Positions 1 through 10,409 are shown, counted from the first letter of the stretch. The stretch is 58,539 nt of DNA from an uncultured Gammaproteobacteria bacterium (GCA_964408775.1 CAYPAP010000003.1:47615-106153); one strand, 5' to 3'. The notes: generated from the sequence alone by a model not told the origin. Numbers and translations: made by a program.

Positions 1-123
1 GTGGCATCTCTGAGATGTCAAAAAAATAAAAAATCAGTTGTAGTTTTGAATGGACAGAATTTGTCTAATTTAGAAAATTATTTTTCTGGGAGAAAATTTC
101 AAGGCACTACAATTAAGCCCTAA
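1..123 (+). CDS. 3' end of an ORF entering from upstream of the window; product unknown
   Basis: Frame 1 is open from base 1 to TAA at 121-123 (...VVVLNGQNLSNLENYFSGRKFQGTTIKP*). No motif recognised. Absent from the ORF track because it has no in-window start. Confidence 0.3.
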   Translation: MASLRCQKNKKSVVVLNGQNLSNLENYFSGRKFQGTTIKP

Positions 124-133
124 TTTTATTATT

Positions 134-637
134 ATGAAAAAGATTATTTTAGGTTTGGACCCTGGGATTGCTGATACTGGATATGGGCTAATTTCGGTTG
201 ACAATAGTAAATTAATTTGTTTAGATTTCGGTAGTATTAAAACTTCGGCCAAAGATGAATTAGCTGATAGGTTAGTAGTGCTAGATAGAGAGCTGAATAA
301 GATAATAAACAAATACAAGCCCGACCTGGTCGCCGTAGAAAAAATATTTTTTAATAATAATGCCAAGACAGCCCTGATAGTTGGCCAGGCCAGGGGAGTG
401 TTGCTGCTAGGGGTAAAGAAAAATAAAATTAATTTAATTGAATTTACGCCCTTGCAGATAAAGCAAGGTGTTTGTAATTTTGGAAGAAGTGATAAGAACC
501 AGGTTAAAAAAATGGTTAAGATAATATTAAATTTAAAAGAATTGCCCAAGTCAGATGATGCCGCCGATGCTTTAGCGGTGGCTATTTGCGCCTCTAGTAT
601 TAATTTAAATAACCTAAAAACATGCCAAAAAAGATAA
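134..637 (+). CDS. ruvC: Crossover junction endodeoxyribonuclease RuvC
   Basis: 167 aa. N-terminal ILGLDPGIADTGYG (RNase H-fold catalytic Asp) and C-terminal SDDAADALAVAIC are typical of RuvC. Confidence 0.9.
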   Translation: MKKIILGLDPGIADTGYGLISVDNSKLICLDFGSIKTSAKDELADRLVVLDRELNKIINKYKPDLVAVEKIFFNNNAKTALIVGQARGVLLLGVKKNKINLIEFTPLQIKQGVCNFGRSDKNQVKKMVKIILNLKELPKSDDAADALAVAICASSINLNNLKTCQKR

Positions 638-2091
638 ATGTAATTCATATTGCCTCAGAGGTCTCCCCTTTTTCTAAGACGGGAGGGTTGGGCGACGTAT
701 CCAGGAGCTTGCCCAAAGCTTTGTTTCGCCTAGGACATAAAGTATCGATAATTACACCGCTCTATGGGAAAATTATTGATAAAAAAGCCTATAATCTAAA
801 ACTTATACATCAGGATATCAATGTCTTTGTCGATTCAAAAAACTCGGTTAAGGTTAATTTTTGGCAAGGTGAGCTGATTGATGGTTTGCCGGTTTATTTT
901 ATAGAAAGCAAGGAGTATTTTTCTAAATACAAAAAGATTTATGTTTCTCGCCAAGATAATATACGATTTTTAGTTTTTAATGTGGCTGCTCTTAGGCTAA
1001 TAAGTTTACTAGATGATGTCCCTGATATTATCCACTGTCATGACTGGCATTCAGGCTTGGTACCTTATTTAATTAAGAATAAATATCGGTACACTAAAGG
1101 ACTGGATAAGGTTAAAACAATTTTCACTATTCATAATTTAGCCTTTCAGATGAGCCAGCCTTGGCGTGGTATCCCTTTAAATAAAAAGGATTATGGCCGA
1201 AGAAAACTACCTTATTTAAATGATCCAGATCTATTGAATATTAACTTTGCCAAAAGAGCTATTTTATTTGCAGATATTATTAATACTGTCAGTGAGAAAT
1301 ATAGGGACGAAATTATGACCAAAAAATTTGGTCAAGATTTAAACCGAATTTTAAAAAACAGAGAGGATCGTTTGTTTGGTATTATCAACGGTATTGATTA
1401 TAATGCTTACAATCCGCAAAGAGACTCGGGTCTTTTTAAGGGCTATGGCTTTGATAATTGTCATCTTAAAAAGGATAATAAAAAGTATTTACAAAAAAAG
1501 CTGGGGCTTAATATCGATAAGGATGTTCCTATGTTTTGTTCCACTTCTAGAATCGCCCATCAAAAAGGGTTCGATATTATATTAAAGCTTTTACCTTATA
1601 TTTTACGTTTAGATATTCAGGTTATTTTTATGGGCGACGGAGATTCTGGATATATTAAAAAATTAAAAAGGATACAGAAAAAATATCCTAAAAAAATGAT
1701 TTGGATGCCATTTTTAGAAAACAAAGAAACAGAAACATTGCTTTATGCTGCTTCTGACTTTTTTATTCTGCCTTCGTATTTTGAGCCTTGTGGTATAAAT
1801 CAAATGATAGCTATGCGCTACGGGGCGATACCAATTGTGCGAGGAGTCGGGGGACTGCACGACACCGTAGAAAATTTTAATCCGGTTACTAATAAAGGGA
1901 TAGGATTTGTTTTTAAATTAGGAGATGAATTTTCCTTCTTTGGGGCGATAGCTAGAGCGCTAGAGAACTATAAGTATAAGAATGTTTGGCATGAATTAAT
2001 TGTTCGCGCTATGAAAAAATCTAGTAGCTGGGAAATTCCAGCTCGAAAATATGTAGAGTTATATAAAAAAGCTTTAAGAATTAAAAGTTAA
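622..2091 (+). CDS. glgA: Glycogen/starch synthase (GT5)
   Basis: 489 aa. N-terminal IASEVSPFSKTGGLGDV (KTGGL motif). GT-B C-terminal half with PSYFEPCGINQM. Overlaps ruvC by 16 nt. Confidence 0.9.
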   Translation: MPKKINVIHIASEVSPFSKTGGLGDVSRSLPKALFRLGHKVSIITPLYGKIIDKKAYNLKLIHQDINVFVDSKNSVKVNFWQGELIDGLPVYFIESKEYFSKYKKIYVSRQDNIRFLVFNVAALRLISLLDDVPDIIHCHDWHSGLVPYLIKNKYRYTKGLDKVKTIFTIHNLAFQMSQPWRGIPLNKKDYGRRKLPYLNDPDLLNINFAKRAILFADIINTVSEKYRDEIMTKKFGQDLNRILKNREDRLFGIINGIDYNAYNPQRDSGLFKGYGFDNCHLKKDNKKYLQKKLGLNIDKDVPMFCSTSRIAHQKGFDIILKLLPYILRLDIQVIFMGDGDSGYIKKLKRIQKKYPKKMIWMPFLENKETETLLYAASDFFILPSYFEPCGINQMIAMRYGAIPIVRGVGGLHDTVENFNPVTNKGIGFVFKLGDEFSFFGAIARALENYKYKNVWHELIVRAMKKSSSWEIPARKYVELYKKALRIKS

Positions 2092-2094
2092 AAT

Positions 2095-4320
2095 ATGTTG
2101 TGGATTAATTTTTTACACTGTTATCAACCAGCAAATTCTGATTATTATAAAGTAAAAGAGGCTGTTGAGTTGAGCTATAAGCGAGTTATTAAAATCTTGC
2201 AAGATCAGCCTAATATTAAGTTTACTTTTAACATTACTGGATGTTTGGTCTCTCGCCTAGCAGAGCTAAAGTATCTTGATTTAATTGAGGATATAAATCA
2301 ATTAATAGACAGGGGACAAATTGAATTAACCGGATCCGCATCTTATCACGCCCTTTTGCCCTTAGTTAGGAAGAAAGAAGTCTATCATCAAATAAAGGAA
2401 AACGAGGCTATTTTAAAAAAGTATTTTCCTAAAGCAAAAATTAGAGGCTTCTTTTTGCCGGAAATGTCTTATAGTCCCGATGTGGCTAAAATTGTCAAGA
2501 AGCTTGGATATAAGTGGTTGATATTAGATGAAATATCTTATCAGGGGAGAAAGAAGATAGACTTTAATTTACCCTATGTAGATAAAAATAGTGGACTAAA
2601 AATAATTTTTAGATCTAGAAAGTTTTCTAATTGCTATGTTCCTGATGAAATTAAGAAAATATTAATAAGCGAAAAAGATGAAAAAGGAAGTGGAGAAGAT
2701 GTCGTTATCAGCGCTACCGATGGCGAGCTTTATGGCCTAAGACACAATGATAATACCGGAAGGTTAGAGGAGGTTTTGTCTAACAAGGAAATAAAAACCG
2801 CTACCGTTTCTAACTATATCGCTAAATTTAAAAAATTAGATCTTATTTCTCTTAGAAAAAGTAATTGGGAGTCGACTGAAAAAGATTTGTTGAATAAAAA
2901 ACCTTTTCATTTATGGGATGATAAAAACAATGATATTCATGTTAGGTTGTGGAAGTTAGCTAATTTAGCTTTGGATATTAATGAAAAAAATAAGGACGAT
3001 ATTAATTATAGTTGGTCTCGCTGGCATTTATCCAGGGGTCTGGCTAGCTGTACCTTTTGGTGGGCTAGTGCTAGGGATTTTAAACATAATTTTGGTCCTC
3101 GTGCCTGGAATCCAGATGAAATAGAAAGAGGAGCCAACGAACTTATCAGAGCTATTCGTTCTCTGGAAAACTCAACCTCTTATGCTGAGAAGATGAAGTC
3201 AGAAAATATTTTTATGGCTATTAAAAAAGCCATTTGGAGCAAGCACTGGTCTTATCATTCTCGCAATAAACTGGAAAATAGTAATAAGATAAATCGTCTT
3301 TTAAGTGAGAATTATGTTAAGGGTTTTTTTACTAGAAAGATTTTACCTCTTTATCCTGATTTTAAAAAAATAGAAAAAATAAAATTAATTTATCATAAGG
3401 ACTATATTTGGAAAACAACCTACCATGTAGTTTTGGAATTTAAAACTTTCTTTGTTCCTAAAAATTCTTCTAATGCTAAAAAGAATCTTAAGACCCTTTC
3501 AATTTTTTGCACGGCTCACTCTGGCGAACCTCGAAAAAACGTTCACGATACTTTATCTTATTTATGGGACAAGGGTTTTTCTAGCGGTTTTTTAACTATA
3601 CCCAAGCCTTTGTTTTATTCCAAGCATTTTAATGCTTCTTTTTATCGTGGAGTAAAGGGAGACAGTCTATTGCATTATATTCAAAATGACGACAAAAAAG
3701 AGGTGGAGAGGGTGGTTAAGAAAACAGCAGAATGGCTTGCTAAATTGCATAAAACACCGATTTCCGATATAATTAAGTTTAATAAGAGTAATACTAGAAT
3801 AAAGACCGTTCTTCCTGGATATGGCCACGTTTTAAGAGACCTTAAGGAAAAATATGATGGAAAATATTACAAGGATTTGAAGCTAATCTATGATTATCTC
3901 ATTGAATTGGAGGACGATTTTTTTGAAATTAGCTCCAAGAGATGGCTTATTCATGGTGATGTTCATCCTGATAATATAATTAAGATTGGCTCTAAAAAAA
4001 TAGCAATGATTGATTTCACGGATATTTGTCCTTCTGACTTTGCCAGAGATTTAGGATCCTTTATCCAGCAATTGGAATACAAAATGATCCGCCATAAGTA
4101 TAATAAAGTTTTTATTAAAAAAATTGTAGACACATTTATTGAGAGCTATTGCCGTCATGCCAAAATTAAATACAATATTAGAATTAAAGAAAGAATAAAT
4201 TTGTATTATCATTGGACTGCTTTTAGGACTGCTATTTTTTGGATAACTCGTTATAATCCCAAGCCAGAAAGAGCTGAGCCTCTAATAGCTGAAATCAAGA
4301 AAAAACTTAAACTAAAATAA
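2095..4320 (+). CDS. Fusion protein: GH57-like glycoside hydrolase N-terminal half plus APH/maltokinase-type kinase C-terminal half
   Basis: 741 aa. The N-terminal half has GH57-like motifs (HCYQP, FFLPEMSYS, SATDGELYG). The C-terminal half has LIHGDVHPDNI and IDFTD kinase motifs. Starts 3 nt after the glgA stop. Confidence 0.7.
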   Translation: MLWINFLHCYQPANSDYYKVKEAVELSYKRVIKILQDQPNIKFTFNITGCLVSRLAELKYLDLIEDINQLIDRGQIELTGSASYHALLPLVRKKEVYHQIKENEAILKKYFPKAKIRGFFLPEMSYSPDVAKIVKKLGYKWLILDEISYQGRKKIDFNLPYVDKNSGLKIIFRSRKFSNCYVPDEIKKILISEKDEKGSGEDVVISATDGELYGLRHNDNTGRLEEVLSNKEIKTATVSNYIAKFKKLDLISLRKSNWESTEKDLLNKKPFHLWDDKNNDIHVRLWKLANLALDINEKNKDDINYSWSRWHLSRGLASCTFWWASARDFKHNFGPRAWNPDEIERGANELIRAIRSLENSTSYAEKMKSENIFMAIKKAIWSKHWSYHSRNKLENSNKINRLLSENYVKGFFTRKILPLYPDFKKIEKIKLIYHKDYIWKTTYHVVLEFKTFFVPKNSSNAKKNLKTLSIFCTAHSGEPRKNVHDTLSYLWDKGFSSGFLTIPKPLFYSKHFNASFYRGVKGDSLLHYIQNDDKKEVERVVKKTAEWLAKLHKTPISDIIKFNKSNTRIKTVLPGYGHVLRDLKEKYDGKYYKDLKLIYDYLIELEDDFFEISSKRWLIHGDVHPDNIIKIGSKKIAMIDFTDICPSDFARDLGSFIQQLEYKMIRHKYNKVFIKKIVDTFIESYCRHAKIKYNIRIKERINLYYHWTAFRTAIFWITRYNPKPERAEPLIAEIKKKLKLK

Positions 4321-4323
4321 TTT

Positions 4324-5226
4324 ATGCTAATTGATTTACAACTTCACTCTAATTATTCTGATGGATATTTAAGTCCTTCAGAGCTAGTTAAACTCATTAA
4401 ATCTAAGGGGATTAAGGTAGCAGCTTTAACTGATCATAATACCACCGAGGGGGTGGATGAGTTTATAAAAGAGTCCAAAAAACACGGAATCAAGCCAATT
4501 ATTGGAATGGAAATTTATGCCAAATACAAGACTAAAAAAATAAATATTCTTTGGTATAATTTTGATAGAAATAACATCGAGTTACAAAAAATAATAGAGT
4601 CTTCTCGTCGTCGTCGATCATTGCTAGTCAGAAATATTCTATTGAAATTAAAAAGACGTGGCTATAAAATAGAAGTAGATAAAATTTTATCAGAATTTAA
4701 ACACTACATACCCATCAATCGTTTAGCAGACAAGATAATGGAAAAAGAGTTTAATTATAATTTAGTCTTAAGGGGTATTAAGAAAAAAAGAAAGAATTCC
4801 CCTGGTTTTTCCGGAAAATTATTATTACCACTTCGCGAAGATGATATTTTAGGAGAATTGTTTTTTGATAAAAAAATAGGGCGCTTAAATGAGGCCTATA
4901 TTAATATAGAAAGACTATTTAAAATAAAAAAAGAGGTCGGTGGACAAATTGTTTTTTGTCATCCTGGAAAGCATAATAAGTTTGCTAATAATATGACGGA
5001 AAAACTGAAGGACATGGGTTTGGATGGAATAGAGGTTTTGTCTCCTCATCATACTATTGGGGCTGTTATGTATAGTCAGTTTTTGTCTGAAAAATTAGAC
5101 CTTATAGCTACTGGCGGTTCAGATTTTCATTTGTTTGAGGGTGACGGTTCCTTGCTCCAAGATTCTTGGGACTGGTTTATGGTCGACAGCAGACGTCTTA
5201 GGAGGATAAGAGAAATAATAGGATAA
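4324..5226 (+). CDS. PHP-domain metal-dependent phosphoesterase
   Basis: 300 aa. DLQLHSNYSDG and ALTDHNT are histidine motifs of the PHP family. A later CHPG and GGSDFH are also present. Confidence 0.75.
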   Translation: MLIDLQLHSNYSDGYLSPSELVKLIKSKGIKVAALTDHNTTEGVDEFIKESKKHGIKPIIGMEIYAKYKTKKINILWYNFDRNNIELQKIIESSRRRRSLLVRNILLKLKRRGYKIEVDKILSEFKHYIPINRLADKIMEKEFNYNLVLRGIKKKRKNSPGFSGKLLLPLREDDILGELFFDKKIGRLNEAYINIERLFKIKKEVGGQIVFCHPGKHNKFANNMTEKLKDMGLDGIEVLSPHHTIGAVMYSQFLSEKLDLIATGGSDFHLFEGDGSLLQDSWDWFMVDSRRLRRIREIIG

Positions 5227-5258
5227 TATAGTTTTATTAATTTTTTTGAAATAATTTT

Positions 5259-7895
5259 ATGGCAGCAAAAAGCAAAAACAAAACTAAAAAAGAAAAAATT
5301 GAATACGAAGAATTGGAGTACGAATATGACGAAGAGCGTTATGCTAAAATTAAGACTAGTATTATAGCAATAGTTATTTTTGTTTTAGGACTAATTAGCT
5401 TATTAGCCTTATTTTCTTTATCGGGAAGCTTTGGTGTTTTTTTGGATAAAACTCTATCCCTAGGATTCGGCTGGGCTAAGTGGATTTTACCTATCCTATT
5501 GATAGTTCTGAGCGTTGCTTTGTATAAACAAAAAAAATTCTTTTCTCAGTCATCAAACTATATCGGATTATTTTTATTTTTTGTGTTTATACCAGTTTTG
5601 CTTCATTTCTTTTTTAAAAATTCGATTGCCGAAATGAAAGCTCAGGCTGGATTGGGCGGAGGACTTTTGGGCTTTCATCTGTCTTTATTTTTTAAAAGTA
5701 TTTTGGGGTTCTGGGGTGGCTTGATTATTATTTTAGCAATTTTAGCGGTTGCTGCTATATTACTTTTCAATATTACCTTGTCTCATCTAATTGGCTCTAA
5801 GAGTTTTATTTATAAATTTTTTAGTTTCGCTAAAAACTCTTTTAAAGATGAAGAGGGGGATGGCTACGCTGACGAAGAGGAGGAAAGCGAAGTTAACGAG
5901 GTGGAAGAAGAGGAGGAAGTAGATATTACTGTTGAAGATGATGATGGCCAGGGTGTTTTATTTACAAAAAAAGAAATAGGCCCTCATTCAAATAAAACAA
6001 ATGTTGCCAGGGCTGATGTTAAAAAGGAAAAGGAAATTAATTGGAAGACAAAGAAGATTAAGATAGATTTACCTCTAGATCTTTTAAGTAGTAAAATTGG
6101 TAAGGCTACTAGTGGTGATATTGAGAATAATATTTTAATAATTCAAAGAACTTTAGAAAATTTTGGTATATCAGTCGAGATGGGACAGGTTAATGTTGGG
6201 CCGACTGTTACCCAATACACCTTTAAACCTTCCGAGGGGATTAAGGTTTCTCGCATTACAGCATTAAGCAATGATTTATCCCTAGCATTAGCAGCGCATC
6301 CTATTAGGATAGAAGCACCTATTCCCGGGAAATCACTTATTGGCATAGAGGTCCCTAATAAGACCAAGGCTATTGTTGGTTTAAGAGAGGTTTTAGAGGA
6401 TAAAGACTTTAAATTAAGGCAAAGTAATTTAACTGCCGCTTTGGGGAAGGACGTTTCTGGTAGAAATATTGTCTACGATATTGCTAAAATGCCTCACTTA
6501 TTAGTGGCAGGTGCTACTAATTCTGGTAAATCAGTTTGTTTAAATACTATTATTGTTAGCTTGCTATACCAGAACAATCCAGCCGATCTTCGTTTTATTA
6601 TGGTTGATCCTAAAAGAGTAGAACTCCCAACGTACAACGGAATTCCACATTTACTTACCCCAGTTATTACTGATGTTAGTAAAACCATTAATGCCCTAAG
6701 ATGGTGCTTGAACGAGATGGACAGACGTTATGAGGTTTTAAATCAAGCTGGTAAGAAAAATATTCAAGTTTACAATAAGGCTAGTAAGGAAAAAATGCCT
6801 TATATAATTTTTATCATTGATGAATTAGCCGATTTAATGGTGGCGGCTTCTAAGGATATAGAGGGAAGTGTTATCCGATTGACCCAAATGTCCAGGGCTG
6901 TTGGTATTCACTTAATATTAGCCACTCAGAGGCCTAGTGTTGATGTTATCACTGGTTTAATTAAAGCTAACACTCCTTCACGTATCGCTTTTTCAGTAGC
7001 CTCTGCAGTTGATTCTAAAACTATTCTAGATTCATCTGGGGCTGAAAAATTATTGGGTAGGGGAGATATGCTTTTTACTACAGCCGAGCTCTCAAAACCT
7101 CGCCGAATCCAGGGTGCCTATGTTGACGATAGCGAGATTTTAGCAATAGTTAATTTTATTAAAGAAAAATACGGATCAGCTGATTACCTGGATGGAATCG
7201 TGGAACGCCAAAAAGTTAGCGGTATTGGCGGTGTTGGATTAGATGGAGTTATGGGAGATGAGGATGATCTCTTAGAGGAGGCTAAGGAGGTGATTATTGC
7301 CGCTGGCAAGGCTTCTACTTCTTTCTTGCAAAGAAGATTGCGTATAGGTTATTCTAGGGCAGCTAGCATTTTAGATATGTTAGAGGAAAATGGCATGGTT
7401 GGTCCGTCCAATGGCTCTAAGCCTCGAGAAATACTAATATCTAAGGAGCAATATGAAAATAGTGTGGCCAGTCCTATGGCGTCGTCAAGCCTTCATAGTA
7501 GAAGTGAGAGCAAATCACCAGACCAATATCTTTATACCGAAGATGAGACTCCTTTAGTTTTTGAGGATAATGAGGAGGAAGAGGAGGCGGAGATTGAGGA
7601 TGTTGAGGATGTTGAGGATGTTGAGGATGTTGAGGAGATTGAAGAGATTGAGGATATTGAGGATGTTGAGGATGTTGAGGAGATTGATGAAGAAGAAGAA
7701 ATTGAGGAGGTTGAGAATGAGGAGGAGAATGAGAATGATATCGAAGAAGAAGAAGAAGAAGAAGAAGAAGAAGAAGAAGAAGAAGAAGAAGAAGAAGAAA
7801 TTGAGGAGGCCGACGAAGAAAAAAATCAAACAAAAAATAACAAAAAGGATACTAAAAATGATAATGATTTTTTCGGTAAATATTTTTCTCGTTAA
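5259..7895 (+). CDS. ftsK: DNA translocase FtsK/SpoIIIE with a long acidic C-terminal tail
   Basis: 878 aa. N-terminal TM segments, Walker A GATNSGKS, Walker B IFIIDELADL, and a winged-helix gamma-like FLQRRLRIGYSRAASILDMLE. These are followed by ~150 aa of D/E-rich repeats. Confidence 0.9.
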   Translation: MAAKSKNKTKKEKIEYEELEYEYDEERYAKIKTSIIAIVIFVLGLISLLALFSLSGSFGVFLDKTLSLGFGWAKWILPILLIVLSVALYKQKKFFSQSSNYIGLFLFFVFIPVLLHFFFKNSIAEMKAQAGLGGGLLGFHLSLFFKSILGFWGGLIIILAILAVAAILLFNITLSHLIGSKSFIYKFFSFAKNSFKDEEGDGYADEEEESEVNEVEEEEEVDITVEDDDGQGVLFTKKEIGPHSNKTNVARADVKKEKEINWKTKKIKIDLPLDLLSSKIGKATSGDIENNILIIQRTLENFGISVEMGQVNVGPTVTQYTFKPSEGIKVSRITALSNDLSLALAAHPIRIEAPIPGKSLIGIEVPNKTKAIVGLREVLEDKDFKLRQSNLTAALGKDVSGRNIVYDIAKMPHLLVAGATNSGKSVCLNTIIVSLLYQNNPADLRFIMVDPKRVELPTYNGIPHLLTPVITDVSKTINALRWCLNEMDRRYEVLNQAGKKNIQVYNKASKEKMPYIIFIIDELADLMVAASKDIEGSVIRLTQMSRAVGIHLILATQRPSVDVITGLIKANTPSRIAFSVASAVDSKTILDSSGAEKLLGRGDMLFTTAELSKPRRIQGAYVDDSEILAIVNFIKEKYGSADYLDGIVERQKVSGIGGVGLDGVMGDEDDLLEEAKEVIIAAGKASTSFLQRRLRIGYSRAASILDMLEENGMVGPSNGSKPREILISKEQYENSVASPMASSSLHSRSESKSPDQYLYTEDETPLVFEDNEEEEEAEIEDVEDVEDVEDVEEIEEIEDIEDVEDVEEIDEEEEIEEVENEEENENDIEEEEEEEEEEEEEEEEEEEIEEADEEKNQTKNNKKDTKNDNDFFGKYFSR
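7596..7799 (+). repeat. Coding simple-sequence repeats: GAGGATGTT/GAGGAGATT 9-mers, then an uninterrupted (GAA)n run
   Basis: The gaggatgtt unit is reiterated from 7596. A pure GAA tract runs 7743-7799 (about 19 codons, poly-Glu). It lies inside the ftsK 3' end. Confidence 0.9.
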
Positions 7896-7907
7896 TTAAA
7901 TTTTATT

Positions 7908-9350
7908 ATGAATACATTTTTATCTTTCTTAAAAAAAATAATACCTAAAAAAGTATTTAAGAAGATTCAGCCCGCTTATCACTATTTCTTAAGTTATGTA
8001 GCTTCCGTATTTTATGGTCGCCCTAGTAATAAGTTGATTGTTATTGGTATAACTGGCACCTCTGGCAAAACCAGCTCAGTTTATTTAATGGCCAAAGCCC
8101 TGAATGAGGCTGGGTATAAGACTGGTTATACTTCTACGGCTATGTTTAGTGATGGTGAAAAAGAATGGCTCAATAATAAAAAAATGACTATGGTGGGGCG
8201 TTTTTTTACTCAAAAGATAATGCGTCAAATGGTCAAAAATGGTTGTCTTTATGCCGTTATTGAAACAACTTCGGAGGGAGTACGCCAATTTAGGCATCGT
8301 TTTATAAATTATGACATTTTGGTCTTTACCGGAATTTACCCCGAGCACATTGAGTCTCACGGTAGCTTTGAAAACTATAAAAAGGCCAAAGGTCAATTAT
8401 TTGCTCATTTAAAAAATTGCCAATTTAAATATTTAAATAGTGATAATAAAATTATTAAGGCTAAAAATAATTTATCAAAAATAGATTTAACTAGAATTAA
8501 AAAATCTTTTATTATTAACGGGGATGACGACGAGGCTCTGTATTTCTCATCTTTTTGGGCTGAACAAAAATTATTTTACTTTAATAATACTAAACCTGAC
8601 AAGGATGTTTTGTCAGTATTTTTCAATAATGTTAAAATTGATTTGAAAGGAACTTCTTTTGACTTTGTGTTTAGAAAGAAGGCTGAGGATGATTTTTCTG
8701 GTCGTGAAATAAACCTTAAATTATGGGGAGAATTTAATGTTCTAAATGCCATACCTCTTTTATCATTACCTTTTTTGATAGATTTAGATTTAGAAAAAAT
8801 AGTAGAGGGATTAGAGAAAATAAAGAGCATCCCGGGTCGCCTAGAAGTAGTCGATGTCGGACAAAGTTTCCTGACTATAGTCGACTATGCCTACGAACCT
8901 GTAGCTATGAAAAAGATGTATGACCTTATTTATTTCTTAAAAGAAGAATTGTTAAAAAGTGGTTATTCAGGGAGAATTGTTCATATTTTAGGGTCAACCG
9001 GCGGAGGCAGAGATAAGAGTCGCCGAGAGATTATGGGTAAAATAGCTGGAGAGAGGGCTGATTTCGTTATAATTAGTAACGAAGATCCTTATGATGAAAA
9101 CCCCTTGGATATAATAAATCAGGTTGCTCAGGGGGCCAAGGAGGTTGGGATGGTTGAGGGAGTTAATTTATTTAGAATTTTAGACAGAAGAGAGGCCATT
9201 AAAAAGGGTCTGCAGTTAATAAAAGAGGGAGATTTGTTTATTATAACTGGCAAGGGATGTGAGCAAGCAATTTGTGTGGCTGATGGTAAAAAGATACCCT
9301 GGGATGATCGTTTGGTTGTTAAAGAGGAGATAATTAAGCTATCTAGCTAA
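7908..9350 (+). CDS. Mur ligase family protein (MurE-like)
   Basis: 480 aa. ATP-binding GITGTSGKTS. MurE-like IISNEDPYDENP (DNPR-like region). Three-domain Mur ligase length. Confidence 0.75.
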   Translation: MNTFLSFLKKIIPKKVFKKIQPAYHYFLSYVASVFYGRPSNKLIVIGITGTSGKTSSVYLMAKALNEAGYKTGYTSTAMFSDGEKEWLNNKKMTMVGRFFTQKIMRQMVKNGCLYAVIETTSEGVRQFRHRFINYDILVFTGIYPEHIESHGSFENYKKAKGQLFAHLKNCQFKYLNSDNKIIKAKNNLSKIDLTRIKKSFIINGDDDEALYFSSFWAEQKLFYFNNTKPDKDVLSVFFNNVKIDLKGTSFDFVFRKKAEDDFSGREINLKLWGEFNVLNAIPLLSLPFLIDLDLEKIVEGLEKIKSIPGRLEVVDVGQSFLTIVDYAYEPVAMKKMYDLIYFLKEELLKSGYSGRIVHILGSTGGGRDKSRREIMGKIAGERADFVIISNEDPYDENPLDIINQVAQGAKEVGMVEGVNLFRILDRREAIKKGLQLIKEGDLFIITGKGCEQAICVADGKKIPWDDRLVVKEEIIKLSS

Positions 9351-9415
9351 TAATTTTTAAAGGTATTTCCTTTTTTTACTATTTATGATATAATTTCTAT
9401 ATAAAATAGTTTGTA

Positions 9416-9895
9416 GTGGATTATGATTATATTATGTTAATTAGAAAAAATATTAATAATAACAAGACAGTGGGTGGTTTTACTTTAATAGAGTTATTAG
9501 TAGTTATTGCTATAATTGGTATATTATCCACCTTGGCGGTGGTTTCTCTGCAAGGAGCTAGAGAAAGAGCCAGGGACACTAAAAGAATCGCTGACGTCAA
9601 GCAGATTCAGACAGCTCTGGAGTTATATTATAATGATGCTAGCTCTTATCCGGCAGAATTAATTGTCGGTAGCCCGATTTCCTATGGATCCAATGTCTAT
9701 ATGTATAATACTCCGGCTGGCCCCACTCCGGCTGATGGATCCTGTGCCACATCTTCATACACTTATGATCAAGTTAATTCGGGAGCTAGTTACTTTATTG
9801 AGTTTTGTTTAGGTACAAATGTTGCCGATCTTTCTCCAGGAATAAAATGTGCTTTTCCGGGGGGAATTATTGCTACAACCACTTCGTGTTATTAA
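9416..9895 (+). CDS. Type IV pilin-like protein (prepilin N-terminal cleavage/methylation domain)
   Basis: [18 protein letters not shown] motif followed by a conserved RDTKRIADVKQIQTALELYYND helix. The start is uncertain (GTG 9416 or ATG 9434). Confidence 0.8.
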   Translation: MDYDYIMLIRKNINNNKTVGGFTLIELLVVIAIIGILSTLAVVSLQGARERARDTKRIADVKQIQTALELYYNDASSYPAELIVGSPISYGSNVYMYNTPAGPTPADGSCATSSYTYDQVNSGASYFIEFCLGTNVADLSPGIKCAFPGGIIATTTSCY

Positions 9896-9974
9896 TTTAA
9901 TTAAAATATAAAAATCTAATTTGTAATTTTTACTCTTTAAATTATTATTTTTAGAGAGATGAAAGTTAAAATCT

Positions 9975-10409
9975 ATGAAAAACAAAAAAAAGGGTTTTAC
10001 CTTAATTGAGCTATTGGTAGTAATAGCTATAATTGGTATCTTGGCCACCCTAGCAGTTGTATCACTGCAAAATGCCAGAAAAAATGCTCGAGATGCTAAG
10101 AGAATCGCTGACGTTCGTCAGGTTCAAACAGCTCTAGAGCTATATTTCAATGATTGGCAGGAATATCCCCAAGTTGATATTTTTAGTGAAAACACAATCG
10201 CTAGTGGCACTGTTTACATGTCAGTTACTCCATCAGCGCCTACTCCAGCTGATGGGACTTGTTCTACTACAGCTAATACTTACACTTATGCCACTTCCTC
10301 CTCCTCTTATTCAATTAGTTTCTGTCTAGGAGCCGCAGTTAGTGGTCTCGCAGCAGGAGAACAATGCGCTAGCCCTTCTGGAATAGTCGCAACCACAACT
10401 TGTCCATAA
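9975..10409 (+). CDS. Type IV pilin-like protein
   Basis: 144 aa. [23 protein letters not shown]. The N-terminal ~60 aa are nearly identical to the next gene. Confidence 0.85.
   Translation: MKNKKKGFTLIELLVVIAIIGILATLAVVSLQNARKNARDAKRIADVRQVQTALELYFNDWQEYPQVDIFSENTIASGTVYMSVTPSAPTPADGTCSTTANTYTYATSSSSYSISFCLGAAVSGLAAGEQCASPSGIVATTTCP

Noticed and set aside
70-648. 192-aa minus-strand ORF covering ruvC
   Set aside because: It is antisense to a well-supported ruvC and has a hydrophobic, low-complexity composition typical of shadow ORFs in AT-rich DNA.
7474-7899. Three ORFs (two minus, one plus off-frame) across the ftsK 3' end, with poly-L/poly-F/poly-K runs
   Set aside because: They are artefacts of the (GAA)n and 9-mer repeats read in other frames or on the other strand. 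The ftsK frame is continuous and carries real motifs upstream.
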